This document shows positions 44,983 to 58,610 of a stretch of DNA of 64,000 nt, in pieces (positions within the stretch are counted from its first letter, which is position 1; the number at the start of each line of letters is the position of its first letter). The stretch spans positions 14,136,001-14,200,000 of the forward strand of contig OX597834.1 of assembly GCA_951406725.2 (NCBI GenBank), in the 5' to 3' direction. Source of the stretch: Octopus vulgaris. Lineage: Eukaryota. The notes beneath the pieces are model-generated. The model searched no databases. It was not told the DNA's origin and saw nothing but the letters and a program-made list of their open reading frames with translations. A program made the translations under genes and the position numbers.

Positions 44983-45213
44983 GACGGTGAGCTGGCAGAA
45001 ACGTTAGTACGGCGGGCGAAATGCTTAGCGGTATTTCGTCTGTCGTTACGTTCTGAGTTCAAATTCCTCCGAGGTCGACTTCACCTTTCATCCTCTCGTG
45101 GTCGATAAATAAAGTACCAGTTTCGCACTGGGGTCAATATATTCGACTTAATCCCTTTGACTGTCCTTACTTGTCCCCTCTATATTTAGCCCCTTGTTGG
45201 TAGTAAAGAAATA
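44983..45213 (+). mobile_element. SINE family C, full length
   Basis: 16-bp TSD TATATTTAGGTG(G/A)CAA (44965 and 45214); B-box-like GAGTTCAAATTCC. Confidence 0.93.
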
Positions 45214-46493
45214 TATATTTAGGTGACAAATACATTTCACGAATTATATTATATCTTTTCTTCTTACATTCCTTGAAGTCGTTTCCATAATGTCGTTCTC
45301 TGTTCTAATTTCTGTTGTAGTACAGAAATTGTTAGACCATTCTGATGAATATAAGATTGCGATTATGTACGGATTGATAATAAAGAATCAAGAGGCCTTC
45401 TACATTTAACAAGTGACGATATGTTTATTTTCAGTGAATAGAACTTATATAATATTCACTGCAAATTTCTACGTAGATTCCTTGTTCGTGCTACTAAAGC
45501 TCAATGATATCCCAGAGAAAATATTAAATTGCTTGTTTTGTATTAACCATATTAAATTTTGGTGGGAACCATACGGATTCTAAGAAAATCTACAATTTGG
45601 GGAAGTATAAAGTATATGATTAAATAGGATGTGTTTTCTTTCAATTATGTAACAGAATCACACGCATTTTTGTGTTATCCAATAACATTATGTTTTAAGC
45701 CTATAGCTATCGCAACGATCAATTCGACATTAATATAAAAAAAATAAATTCTTTTACTCTTCAGGAAATATTTTATACAATTACGAATTCACCATTTTCC
45801 AGTTACTGAAAATGTCTTACAAGAATTTATAAATGGCCACTATTTAGATTGATTATCTGTCGAAGTTTTTCTCATTTTTTTCAAGTCTTTTTTCGGAATA
45901 GAATTGCTCTTTTGTTCCCCCAGTTGGAAATTTAAGATGTATGTGTCCTAAGTTTAATTAATAAAAGATAAATTTCTTGACATGATACTTATGGAGCATA
46001 TCAAATGAAACTCGTCAATAGCTAGGACGCTGTTATATAAAGAAAAAAAAAAATTCGGAACAATTTTCTATATTCTGTACGAATGCTTCCAGGATATACA
46101 TTTTTGTTTTTGTCATCTGATCTATGCATTTCGTTTATCCGCGGCCGTCACTAGTTTTTCTTTCATTTTTCTTTCAAACTTTTTTTTCTCGAGAAGTCAT
46201 TTCCCATCTCATATCCATTCTTTTATGTATCTATGTATTAGCCTCTCGCATACATCTTTCTCTCGATATTTGAAAGTAACATTGACAAATTATTTTGTGT
46301 ATATTGCCAATTTCTTTAATGTTATACTGATTTTATTTATTATTCTGGGCACATATATGTGTGTGTAAATATGCGTGTGAGTTTGCACTCATACACGTAT
46401 ATGTATATACATATATATCTAAAAGTAAACATAGATATATAGATACATACACACACACACACATACACACACACATACACACACACATATATA

Positions 46494-46526
<33 letters not shown>

Positions 46527-46608
46527 TTATACATACATATATGTATACACGCTCACAAACACACATATGTATAAGTTCGCGGTTATATATATATCTACAT
46601 ATATATAT

Positions 46609-46657
<49 letters not shown>

Positions 46658-46675
46658 TAGATAGATAGATATGAT

Positions 46676-46729
<54 letters not shown>

Positions 46730-46779
46730 GAGGTAGATAGATAGATATATATATACATACATACACACAGGCACACACA

Positions 46780-46826
<47 letters not shown>

Positions 46827-46830
46827 GTAC

Positions 46831-47360
46831 CTCTTAATATTTGCTGTCATTGTTCTGACTGCTTCAGCATTGTATATATCGTTGTATATTTGCCATGTTT
46901 CCTTTTCCATAAACTTACTAGAAGCATTCATTTGTGATATCTCAGATATCATGTTTTCTCTGCTAAGTAAAATATTTGCTTTGGGCACCGTGGATATTTT
47001 ATTGCAATGCATGTTTACGTAATCCCAAATTTTCAATTCCAAATATAATACATGTGGAGATAAAAACAAAATTCTTCAAATTTCTTGTAATAGTTTAGAT
47101 TGTAATATTGACGTCCAGTTTTCTTTCCTATGCTGCGTTTTCGATGGAACTTCGTTCCTGCATCGACTTCTGTATTACGTGTCAGCAATGCTTTATCTTG
47201 AAACAGGAGTTTTTGATCTGCTTGATGATTCAAACATTTTATCTTTTTTTCTGAATCTATCGATAATTTTTTGATGCTGGTGCTAAGGATGTATCAGTGA
47301 ATTACTATCACTACTGCTACCAATACCATTACAGCTACAACCAATACTAGTATTTCGTGT
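46831..47360 (-). other. Candidate exon or pseudo-exon of a secreted precursor
   Basis: Hydrophobic stretch, RKRS site and an ~80-codon open frame ending at AG|GTACGT. Needs one stop and one frameshift repaired. Confidence 0.2.
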
Positions 47361-47672
47361 TTTCAGATATGTGTACGTATTTTCGGAATATATCAATAGT
47401 TGTCTCCACGTGAAGACTTCAAATTGTATTAATAGTAAAGACTACAACCGCTACTGCTATTGCTGTTGCTGTTGTTGTTGTTGTTGTTGTTGTTGTTAAG
47501 CAACAAAACGGGTAATGGTGATTAGGTGATGGTCTAGGGCTTAGGGGCGGGAAACCCCAGACCTTGTAAAATAATTTGGTCATCTTGTAGTTGGGGGCTT
47601 TTCGTTGACGCCCGACATTTCGCTGGAAATGAAAATATCCAGGTCCAAATTCTTGGACGGCTGCTGCTGCTG

Positions 47673-47740
<68 letters not shown>

Positions 47741-48227
47741 GCTGCTGTTGCCACTACTTCTACTAAATTAGTAGATTCGACACGTACATTCTCCAGAAGT
47801 AACTATGGAACAGAGAATGATTTTTCTACATTTCGCCCACAGCTCTTTGTAAAAGAGGAAATTTCGTTAACAAATCAGTGTTATGTTTATTAGTGTTCCG
47901 CACCAGTTCTGTTTTGCTTAGATTGTTCTCGATTTTGCTAGTCACTCATCGTGTGTTGTCAAAAACGTATATGATCGATATCATTGTCATAATAATGTCG
48001 ATTATATAATCAACGATTTCGGAAGAACAACTTAAAGGGCAACATGAAACCTTAATTATGACAATTAGATATTTAGAAAAAGCGACGGAGTGAAATTGCC
48101 GTGGATATTTGAATGTCTAATGTCTCTGATTAAGGCTTTCTTCAAAGAGAATTTACACTTGCTGAAATAAAAAAATGGCAATTTAATATTACATCTAATA
48201 TGATTGTGACACTGGTAACAACTGTAT

Positions 48228-48575
48228 ATATAGGGGGTGTCCCGAAATTAAGGCAACCAACGTCTTTCAATTTTGCCAAAGCAAAATATTGTTATATTTT
48301 GGGTCTGAGCGTTGCAATATAAAGGAAGGGCAACCATGACACTACCACATTTATCCGATATGACTACTTCTGTTTTGAATCAGACACTTAAGACTAGGTG
48401 CGAATGCTTCATACTCGTTATGCGGCTGTTCATGCGGAATCGGAGCCCACTCCTGGCGCAATTTCGCCTTCAGAGCTTCGATTGAAGCATGAAGAACCGT
48501 CGAGAACCTCGTCTCCAAGATGGACCAAACAGAAAAGAAATCCAATGGGATGAGATCTTGTGGGCCATTACTAAG
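48228..48575 (-). mobile_element. Tc1/mariner (DDxD type) 3' fragment
   Basis: DLIPLDFFSVWSILE...SIEALKAKLRQEW..IP...HIG*, followed by a TIR-like end at TA. Confidence 0.78.
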
Positions 48576-48591
48576 GTATTTTTCGATGCTA

Positions 48592-48650
<59 letters not shown>

Positions 48651-48653
<3 letters not shown>

Positions 48654-48823
48654 AAATGCCATAGGAATGAGAACCCTGGTTCGATTTTTCCCAAACACAC
48701 CTGATGAAGGCTGGTATATCAGCCGAAATGTTGTGCTAATCGGATTAGGACAAATATCCGTCAAATATAAATTATGTAAATAATCTAAATAACGTACATA
48801 ATTCCTCATCTCTTAAATAAAGA
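48651..48823 (+). mobile_element. HHR-bearing PLE pLTR-like fragment after (ATT)n
   Basis: 48698-48735: CAC-CUGAUGA-A-GGCUG-GUAUAU-CAGCC-GAAAU-GUU^GUG. Confidence 0.68.
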
Positions 48824-49621
48824 ACGGTAATATCATCAGCATCAACAACATGAAAATCATTATAATTGTGCGTGGATGATAAAATTGGACGATAAAATTG
48901 TCATCGACAGTTCTTTCCTTACCCAAGTGGAAATATACTGAAATATATATCTCAGGCGTTACAAGGCAAATATTTATTTTTTGTACGCATATAAAAAATT
49001 ATTATATAATGGGTAGTTTTGTTTTTTTTTTTATTTAAGACAACTTTGGTTTTCAGAATGAAAAAAAAATCGGTTTTGTTTCTAGTCAGTTGGACAATAT
49101 AATATCAAACTCATTTTGTTTATTTAGGCATAATTATATACACACGCGCACGTATACATACACACACAGAAACTCACACACACTCACACACATGTATATG
49201 ATATATTATAGTTTATTTCTTCTGTTTTTGTGGTCGGCGCCTCTATGATTTATGATTGCTTCCAACAATATTTGAATATATGTACGATTTTTTATGAATC
49301 TTTTACGATAATAATTATATTTGTAATTTTCTAGTTCTATTGATGATATTTTCGAACGGCAAAACAAAAGCAAATCAGGTCGTATTTTCACAATTCACCT
49401 ATATTTTTGTAGTTTTATTTCAATTGTGTTTTTTTTTATTCTTTTCTGCTTTAAAGACTTTGTTTATGCCCACGTAATTGTACAGGATATATATTATAAT
49501 CAATAAATTCCATCGATCTGTTTCAGCCAGTCGAAAAACAAATGTATTGATGCAAAAAAAAAAAATACCCACCACCAAAAACTATATCTATACGTTCTTG
49601 TCGTGATCGATAAATACTTAT

Positions 49622-49656
49622 TATATAAGTTCATATTCTCCAGTGGAGAATATGAA

Positions 49657-49664
<8 letters not shown>
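49622..49664. repeat. Perfect 21-bp-arm palindrome running into (TA)n
   Basis: TATATAAGTTCATATTCTCCA-G-TGGAGAATATGAACTTATATA. Confidence 0.95.
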
Positions 49665-49697
<33 letters not shown>

Positions 49698-49807
49698 AAA
49701 ACAATCTACGACGTTGTCGGCAAATACAAATATGACACAGACAAACTAGTGAGGCAATCGATAATGTTCTATCGATAATTTAATGTTTTCGATTTTTCAT
49801 TGTAATT

Positions 49808-49867
<60 letters not shown>

Positions 49868-49917
49868 GCGTCTGTATGTTCGAGTGCGTATGTTTGTATA
49901 GATGTGTATATATATAC

Positions 49918-49961
<44 letters not shown>

Positions 49962-51322
49962 ATATATATATATATATATATACATATATATACATATATA
50001 CATCTATATATATATACACATATATATATGTATACATCTACATTTATATACACATTTATCTCTCTCTATATATATGTATGTATAATTATATGTATGTATG
50101 TGTATATATATATTAGTGTATGTATACTAGAAAGATTCATGTATACATACACGTATAAGCCTTTCTGCATATATATATATATATTTATTTATGTACATGT
50201 GTATATGTATGTATATGTGTGCGTGTGTGTTGTGTGTACCTGTGTGTATGTGCGTGTGTGTGTTTATGTGTGCGTGTGTGTGTGTTGTATGCATTAAAAG
50301 TTATTTATGTTTCGTTTGAATTCCAGAATGTTAAGCATTCATGTAAATAGAGATCATAAAACCGTGCGTTAAAAGTGAAGTACAATCAGGTAAAAAATAT
50401 ATATATATTTTGTTGGTTAGATCTTAAAAATCTTAATGATGATGCTGGTGATTATGATAATGATGATGACGACGACTACGATCACGACGATGATCATGAT
50501 GATGGTGATGATGACTGCTTGTGGGTGTTAATATAGTTGTGGTGGTCGTATTCTACTGATAATATTAATGATGCCAGTAAACGGAGATATCGATGAAAGC
50601 GGATAATATCTGAGTTCAGTAAGTGTGAGTATTCAATATCACATTTGCCCCTCAACATCTTATGCATCCGTTGATATATTTTTTTACCACTTCGCTATAT
50701 TCTTTATCCTACCGATCACCAGAGGAAGGAACACAGGGTCTTTTTGGCTAAATGCTGCCTCTCGCTCAGCCAAACTTTGTTAGGCAGAGAACCATCTTCT
50801 TTAAGATACATATCATCATCGCTTTCATTGCACATCCACCCCATCTGACCTATGACACACATGGTGTTATCTTTAGAGACAATATCCATTGGATGGAGAG
50901 GATGAGATAATGGTCAACGCAAATATTTGATCACTTTAAATAAATTATCTTAGCAATTTTTTCAGCAAAGAATTACAGAACAATTTTTCTAGGACTCGAG
51001 AGATTCTCAAAAAATATTGACAAACTCAGTCACACCAAATCATTCACGATAGAGCAGTATTTTTGTCGATATGTTGCAAGAGGTTGCACTGGTTGATGAA
51101 TGGCCCAACACATATATACGATGTGGTATCGAAAACTTCCAGGACTAGTTCTGTAGCGCACCAGCAGATGGAAGCACGCGATTGTGTGCGGAGTGAGAGC
51201 TAGTAGTGACCTTCAGGAAGCGGTGTGCCGTGTTGTGAGATTTGAGATTTTTGTGAACTCATGTAACCTGTAGAAAGCGATTTTTGTTATGTTGGAACAA
51301 AGAGCTGACGTGAAATTTCACG

Positions 51323-51402
51323 TTAAAATACAGAGTCATTAAAATACAGAGTCATTAAAATACAGAGTCATTAAAATACAGAGTCATTAAAATACAGAGT
51401 CA
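51323..51402. repeat. 5 x 16-bp minisatellite TTAAAATACAGAGTCA
   Basis: Perfect copies inside the mariner coding relic. Confidence 0.95.
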
Positions 51403-51460
51403 TTGAACATGCTTCAGCAAGCTTACGGCGATGGGGCTATCGGTCGTACGCAATGTTTCT

Positions 51461-51700
51461 TATTTCTTTATTGCCCACAAGGGGCCAAACATAGAGGGGA
51501 AAACAAAGACAAACAAAGGGATTAAGTCGATTACATCAACCCCAGTGCGTAACTGGTTCTTAATTTATCCACCCTGAAAGGATGAAAGGCATCTTCCACC
51601 TCGGCAGAATTGAACTCAGAACGGAATTTGAACTCAGAACGTAACGGCAGATGAAATACCGCTAAACCCGGCGTGCTAACGTTTCTGCCAGCTCGCCGTC
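51461..51700 (-). mobile_element. SINE C inserted in the mariner
   Basis: 14-bp TSD GT(A/G)CGCAATGTTTC (51446 and 51703). Confidence 0.92.
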
Positions 51701-51955
51701 TTGTGCGCAATGTTTCGTGTGACCCGGATGCTTCAAACGATGCAGCTTGATCAAGACCCTGCTCATCGTGTTTTTCGACGTCCACGGTATTGAGTATTGA
51801 AAATTCATCCCCCCCCCAGGCCCAGACCGTCAATGGAGAGTTGTGCTGCAACGTTTTAAAGTGTTTGAGGGAGGACAATCGGGGAAAGCGACCGTATCAA
51901 TGGGGAGCGAAAGATAGATAGATAGATAGATTGATAGATAGAAAGATAGATAGAG

Positions 51956-52059
<104 letters not shown>

Positions 52060-52098
52060 GCATACGTACATACATATATACATACATATATACATACA

Positions 52099-52330
52099 TA
52101 TTTCTTTATTACCCACAAGGGGCTAAACATAGAGGGGACAAACAAGGACAGACATAGGTATTAAGTCGATTACATCGACTCCACTGCGTAACTGGTACTT
52201 AATTTATCGACCCCGAATGGATGAAAGGCAAAGTCAACCTCGGCGGAATTTGAACTCACAACGTAACGACAAGCGAAACACCGTTAAGCATTTCGCCCGG
52301 CGTGCTAACATTTCTGCCAGCTGTCCGCCT
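52099..52330 (-). mobile_element. SINE family C, full length
   Basis: Consensus match from head to tail. Confidence 0.92.
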
Positions 52331-52779
52331 TTATACATATATACATACATGCATATATGTGTGGAGGGGCGGCGTTTGTGGAGAGACTGACAGACGGAGA
52401 AATAGAGAGGAGAGACAGAGAGCAGAATGAGAATATACACATGTAAATGTCGAAAAACAGTTCTTTATGTTTCCTATTTGCAACACGGCCGTTTCCACCT
52501 TGAGATTATAAGATTGGTTGTTTACGAATGAAAATTGCTTTTATTTTTAAGAGACATTTCTATAGGCACAATTGAGCTCTGTATGATTACATTCAATTAT
52601 CTAAATAAAAAGCAATATTTCATTATCACTGTATTATTGTGCTAAATATCGACTGATATATTGTCTTCAAGAAAAAAATTCGAATTATATTAAGTGCAAA
52701 TTTATGCGATGTACTAAAAAAAAAAAAATATAAACTTATAGAAAGCATTCTCCTTCAATATATTTGCGAAGACTGAATT

Positions 52780-53323
52780 ACAAACTGTTTTTCAAATAAT
52801 ATTTTCGTTTTGTTTTCTACAGTTTTTTATTCAAGTGAAGAAAAGAGAAGGAAATCAACGCTGCACTCGAACTCCGTAGGAAAATGTATTAGCGTTTATG
52901 AAGACAATTAGGTTTCCCTCGATTGTGTTCTATTGTTACAAGCTTTGTTTTAGACTACTGGAGATTTCTTCAAATGATTGTCAAAAGTTCCGGTAGTGTA
53001 GGAGATAATTGAAAATTCTAAAACTAAACCAAAAAAAAAAATTAATAACAAAAAAAAACAGTATAAGAAAATAATTGGAAGTAATTAATATTCATTGTTT
53101 TCGTATGTAGCATAAATCCGGATTGAATTTTTCCATCCACTTGAATTACTGTATTCATTTTAATTAGATATGCATTTTAAATCCTTAGGCCCACTTCACT
53201 CAAATATTTAAGTATTTAATACATTTATCCTCACGCTAATATGTATCCACTAATATCAGTGAATATTTTCACGCTCAGGTTGTAGAGATTGTTACATATA
53301 CATATGTATATGTGTGTATATAT

Positions 53324-53371
<48 letters not shown>

Positions 53372-54015
53372 AATAAAAATAAATAAATATATATATAAAT
53401 AGATATAAATAAATATATATATATATATATACAAACTGTTTTTCAAATAATATTTTCGTTTTGTTTTCTACAGTTTTTTATTCAAGTGAAGAAAAGAGAA
53501 GGAAATCAACGCTGCACTCGAACTCCGTAAAGGAACTATGTATAAATATCTGGAAATACTATAAAGAGTAAGTTTATTCAATCAATCAAGGCCTCAAGAT
53601 GGCTTCGGAATCTCCTGTTACAAGCTTTGTTTTAGACTACTGGAGATTTCTTCAAATGATTGTCAAAAGTTCCGGTAGTGTAGGAGATAATTGAAAATTC
53701 TAAAACTAAACCAAAAAAAAAAAAAAAATTAATAACTAAAAAAAAAAAAACAGTATAAGAAAATAATTGGAAGTAATTAATATTCATTGTTTTCGTATGT
53801 AGCATAAATCCGGATTGAATTTTTCCATCCACTTGAATTACTGTATTCATTTTAATTAGATATGCATTTTAAATCCTTAGGCCCACTTCACTCAAATATT
53901 TAAGTATTTAATACATTTATCCTCACGCTAATATGTATCCACTAATATCAGTGAATATTTTCACGCTCAGGTTGTAGAGATTGTTACATATACATATGTA
54001 TATGTGTGTATATAT

Positions 54016-54063
<48 letters not shown>

Positions 54064-54144
54064 TAAAAATAAATAAATATATATATAAATAGATATAAAT
54101 AAATATATATATATATATATACATACATATATATATATATACAA

Positions 54145-54179
<35 letters not shown>

Positions 54180-54318
54180 ACGGTGTGTATGTATAGGCGA
54201 AAATTAGAATAATACTGACATCTCAATTTAAAGGAACTATGTATAAATATCTGGAAATACTATAAAGAGTAAGTTTATTCAATCAATCAAGGCCTCAAGA
54301 TGGCTTCGGAATCTCCTG
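52780..54318. repeat. Complex local duplication X-a-Y-X-Z-Y-b-Z
   Basis: X 52780-52878 = 53431-53529; Y 52934-53430 = 53616-54120; Z 53530-53617 = 54231-54318. Confidence 0.9.
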
Positions 54319-54962
54319 CAACACTTCTTGGCGGTCTCCTTGTTTAAGATGGCGAATCCTGTTGGTTTCTCGCTCACCTGCACCCCACACATAATACTCA
54401 AGGGGATTGCAGTATGGGGAGCTGTGTGGATATATATCAAGTGTGATGTGGTCGCAGAAATTGTCTGACAGCCATGACTAGTTTCTTCTGCTTGTGTGTC
54501 ATAGTGCACAGTCCGGTTGCTAGACTTAGGGTTTTCCAACAGCTACCCTCTTCCCCCAGCGCAGCACTATCACTTCCAAGCTCCTGATATAGGCCTCCGT
54601 GTTGAATGTGAGGCCGAGTGAGAAGATGAATTGAGGCATAAGATTGTCATCAATAATGATCGGTCCAAACTCCATAATGTTGACTGGATGTTTGATTTTT
54701 ATCAATCTCGGTACATGTCCTCAGATTACACTTTACACACATTGAAACCCAAACACTCTGAAATGTTCGTATTGGATCCTCCGGTGCGAATGCCAAGCAG
54801 TACAGTAAGTCGTTTCCAAATTTCTGGCAGAGTGAATTGCGCCATGGTGCTGTTTTTCTCACAGACGGTGCCCAACTCACCCTGCTATACTGTGTAGTCG
54901 ACAAATTCAAAAACAAACAATGCGCATGTGTGGAATTAAAATATAAAATGATGACAATTTGC
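54190..54962 (-). mobile_element. DD37D (maT-type) transposon relic
   Basis: Reverse-complement homolog of 34672-35520 along its length. Confidence 0.8.
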
Positions 54963-56440
54963 CTTACCTTCAAAGCTAGCGTTGACGACTTCTACTTCTC
55001 CAGCTTCAAATTCCAAGTGAAATCCCTCAATACGGATTTATCACAGTTTATCCGTAAACTGAAGAACAACTTAATTTTTTACGCATTAAAGTGGTCCCAG
55101 ACCGGGCGTTGTGAGTGTTTATTGAGCGAAAACACCTAAAGCTCCACAAGGCTCCGGCAGGGGATGGTGGTGATCCCTGCTGTACTCTTTCACCACAACT
55201 TTCTCTCACTCTTACTTCCTGTTTCTGTTGTACCTGTACTTCAAGGGGCCTGCCTTGTCACTCTCTGTGTCACGCTGAATATCCCCGAGAACTACGTTAA
55301 GTGTACACGTGTCTGTGGAGTGCTCAGCCACTTACACGTTAATTTCATGAGCAGGCTGTTCCGTTGATTCGGATCAACCGGAACCCTCGTCGTGGTAACC
55401 GACGGAGTGCTTCCATTCAAAGTGGTCCATAGTCCACTACGCTAAGCCATATGCCGGCTATCACAACGGATGCGAGCTTTGCATTGCTGAAATCTTATAT
55501 ATTATGCAATCCACTGATTGTATGCATGAACGTGCTAGCATGATATTAATATGCAAACACAGATTACGTAAACCATTCTCAAAATACAAATAACAACCAT
55601 ACCCTGTGTCTTTCCCTTACTTTGCCCTTTCCTTATAGACATTCCCTTTTATTTACCCTCACAACAACCAAAACTTTAACCACTAATATATTCCCCTTAA
55701 CTCCTTATTTCTTATTTCATATTTATCTCTTGTTATCTTTCTTTACCTTTCATACCCTAAAAATCCTCTGAATTCGCCTTACTCCACACCTACCCCCACT
55801 CCCTTTGTAAAATTCTAAGTACACACGCCTATATACACTTCTACAAGTTCATACAGTACACATGCACCTTCAAAAAAATACATTTCTTAATTCCTATATT
55901 TTAGTCATTACTACCATTCTACCCCCGCGGCTCTAGGCTTTCAGTTTTACATCTATACCATCGCTTTAAGAACACGTTGCTATTGACCACCAAGAATTGT
56001 CCCTTCTTCCTGCACACATCCTATTCCTCTCCCTCTCTGCCTCTCTCTCTATCTCTCTCTCTCTCTGTGAATAACCAAATAATTCACCAGTAAATAATTT
56101 TGGTCTATTTTTATTTTTTTTATTTTATTTTATTCCTAATTTCTTTTCACAATTATATTCTACACTCAGACAGTGATCTGCACGCAATCCGATCGACAGT
56201 ATGGCCTCCTAAAGACAATGTAAACCTCATTTAGTCAAGACACCGTTCGCATGGCGTCTAGCCTGTGGGATACACCACCCTTGGATATTTACCACTGTCG
56301 ATTTTGAAACAATCGTAGCCCGATTTTCAAACAAGCTCGCAACGAAATACGTGTAACCTGGATATTATCTCTTCCATTCCGTAAATATTTTATTTCTATT
56401 CGCATAACTGGCAACACTGGCTGACTAACGACAAATATAC
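54963..56440 (+). mobile_element. Penelope-like element 3' part: C-terminal GIY-YIG endonuclease region and probable 3' UTR/pLTR
   Basis: Removing the SINE A insertion restores TFK..SSFK..NTDLSQFIRKLK..LKWSIVHYAKPY..CELCIAE..ER..CKHR..* (stop 55591-55593). The GIY-YIG motif itself is truncated away; the 3' boundary is uncertain. Confidence 0.7.
55096..55418 (+). mobile_element. 5'-truncated SINE A inserted in the PLE coding relic
   Basis: 10-bp TSD AAAGTGGTCC (55088 and 55419). Confidence 0.93.
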
Positions 56441-56489
56441 AATGAGTTTTTTTTTTTTGGTTTATTTTTCAGATTATCGTAATTCAATA

Positions 56490-56763
56490 CGGAAAAGTCC
56501 ACCTCGGTGGTATTTGAACCCAGAACATAAAGACAGACAAAATTCCTATTTCTTTACTACCCACAAGGGGCTAAACACAGAGAGGACAAAGAAGGACAGA
56601 CAAACGAATTAAGTCAATTATATCGACCCCAGTGCGTAACCAATACTTCATTTATCGACCCCGAAAGGATGAAAGTCAAAGTCAACCTTGGTGGAATTTG
56701 AACTCAGAACGTAACGGCTAGGCATTTCGTCCGACGTGCTAACGTTTCTGCCAGCTCGCCGCC
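56490..56763 (-). mobile_element. SINE C plus headless downstream unit
   Basis: Copy 56547-56763 joined by its tail to a diverged unit at 56490-56546. Confidence 0.88.
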
Positions 56764-57039
56764 TTAAGACATATATATATATTGATTGTGTTCTTGCGAT
56801 TTATGTAAAACATTGAAAACGAAACAAAATGCAAATTGTTTACAGTTCTTTCCATTGTGAATGAGAAGCTTTAGTAACGTCAAGCTTACTGACAAAAGGA
56901 TACTAATTAATGATGTTCTATTAAATAGTGTGTTATGGTGTAATAGCTTAATAGCTGAACGCATACTCAAAATAGAGGCTTGGCCCAGACGATCCAAATT
57001 ACTAAACTATGATTCAGTTATCTGTGTGTTAGGTGTTAA

Positions 57040-57231
57040 TATAAAACCCTTAAATGGTTTGAGTCTACATGCAAAATACTTTCTCTAAACTGAGGTTCTG
57101 TACGGAAGACGGCGGAGATACAGCCTTAAGGTATGTATAAAACCCTAAAATGGTTTGAGTCTACCATGCAACATACTTTCTCTAAACTGAGGTTCTGTAC
57201 GAGAGACCGGCGGAGATACAGCCTTAAGGTA
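57040..57231. repeat. Tandem duplication, 2 x ~95 bp
   Basis: TATAAAACCCT.AAATGGTTTGAGTCTAC...CAGCCTTAAGGTA occurs twice. Confidence 0.93.
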
Positions 57232-58105
57232 CTGCGTTCCGGCTCTTTAACGAATAAGTTTAAATTGCGCACGGATCTCATGTGCACTTCAAGAATCCTG
57301 GAACTATAAGATAGTGCACTAGTCAAGCACTGGCGTTGCTGGAATAAGCGTTTCTTCTACCCCAAAATCTGAACTTGTTCTAAAAGCAAATGATATTTAA
57401 TGCATTTTCTTTGCTTACGTACTAAATATTACTCTGTGTGTTTTGTATTTCAAAATCATGCGAACGTATATTTCATTTAAATACAAATTATGACATTCGT
57501 TGGAAATATGGTAAAAACAAAAGGCAGTTTCCTATTGATACAGATCGTGCTGAAAAGTAGAATGTTTCACACAACAACATCATGGAAGCTAATGAGTTCA
57601 TTTTTAATTAAGACGTTATAAATGGTAGGAATGTGAAAATATATAGGAAATGATGAAGAAATTATACAAGGAAACAAGTAAAACAGAGATTTAATTTGGT
57701 CTCTTCTTTGTGTCTCAAACGGAAACGCTAAGTGAATGCTATATTAACAAACCGAGAGGAGAAAATGTTCGCCATTGTTGTAGAGAAATCGATATTCAAT
57801 TAAATAATAGAGATTTAAATGAAATAACATTTTCACGAATTAGTAAGAACACCCATCCATTTACACATGCGCACACTGTACACTTCAACACATGCAATCC
57901 TTTCCAGACATCCGCATACACAGACACAAAGGTGTACGTTTCTGAGCTCGTGATATTTGTGTGTGCATATATATATATATGTGTGTATATGTATACATAT
58001 ACACACATATTTATATGTGTACATTTATATACACACAGAAACACACACACACACATAAATATATGAAAGCATGCATGTATTCATAAAACATTTTTGTATT
58101 TAGAT

Positions 58106-58203
58106 TCATATATATATATATATATATATGAATTATATATATATATATATATATACGAATTATATATATATATATATATGTGTGCGCGTGTGTGTGTGTG
58201 TGA

Positions 58204-58259
<56 letters not shown>

Positions 58260-58574
58260 GAAATATATATATATTGTATATAGATAGATAGATAGATAGA
58301 ATAATAGATAGATAGATATACAGACACGAAGATATGTAGAGAGACAGACATAAAACCTGATTTAAAGTTGAGACTTCTTGAATGCCATCAATGATATTCA
58401 TATCAGTAATTGTTCAAACTATTGTATAAAAGAAGAGGCATGATAATACGTCGTACCTATATCGATATACGATTACTCAGCATAATATGCAGGTTTGATT
58501 GGTTACCAAACAAAAATAAGTTAGAATATGCGACAGCCTTTCCTTAGTACATTTACATACGCACACACATGTAC

Positions 58575-58610
<36 letters not shown>

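Larger units (their letters stand above)
51115..51908 (+). mobile_element. Decayed mariner with nested SINE C and minisatellite
   Basis: MLEQRADVKF..MLQQAYGDGAIGRTQCF | KTLLIVFFDVHGI..QTVNG..VLKCLRE..KRP. Confidence 0.85.

Noticed and set aside
45342-45400. CTGATGA motif
   Set aside because: No closing stem II or GAAA.
56292-56361. HHR in the PLE 3' region (CUGUCGA, hairpin, GAAAU-ACGU-GUA)
   Set aside because: Core A6 is altered, ~12 extra nt precede GAAA and stem I is out of register; suggestive only.
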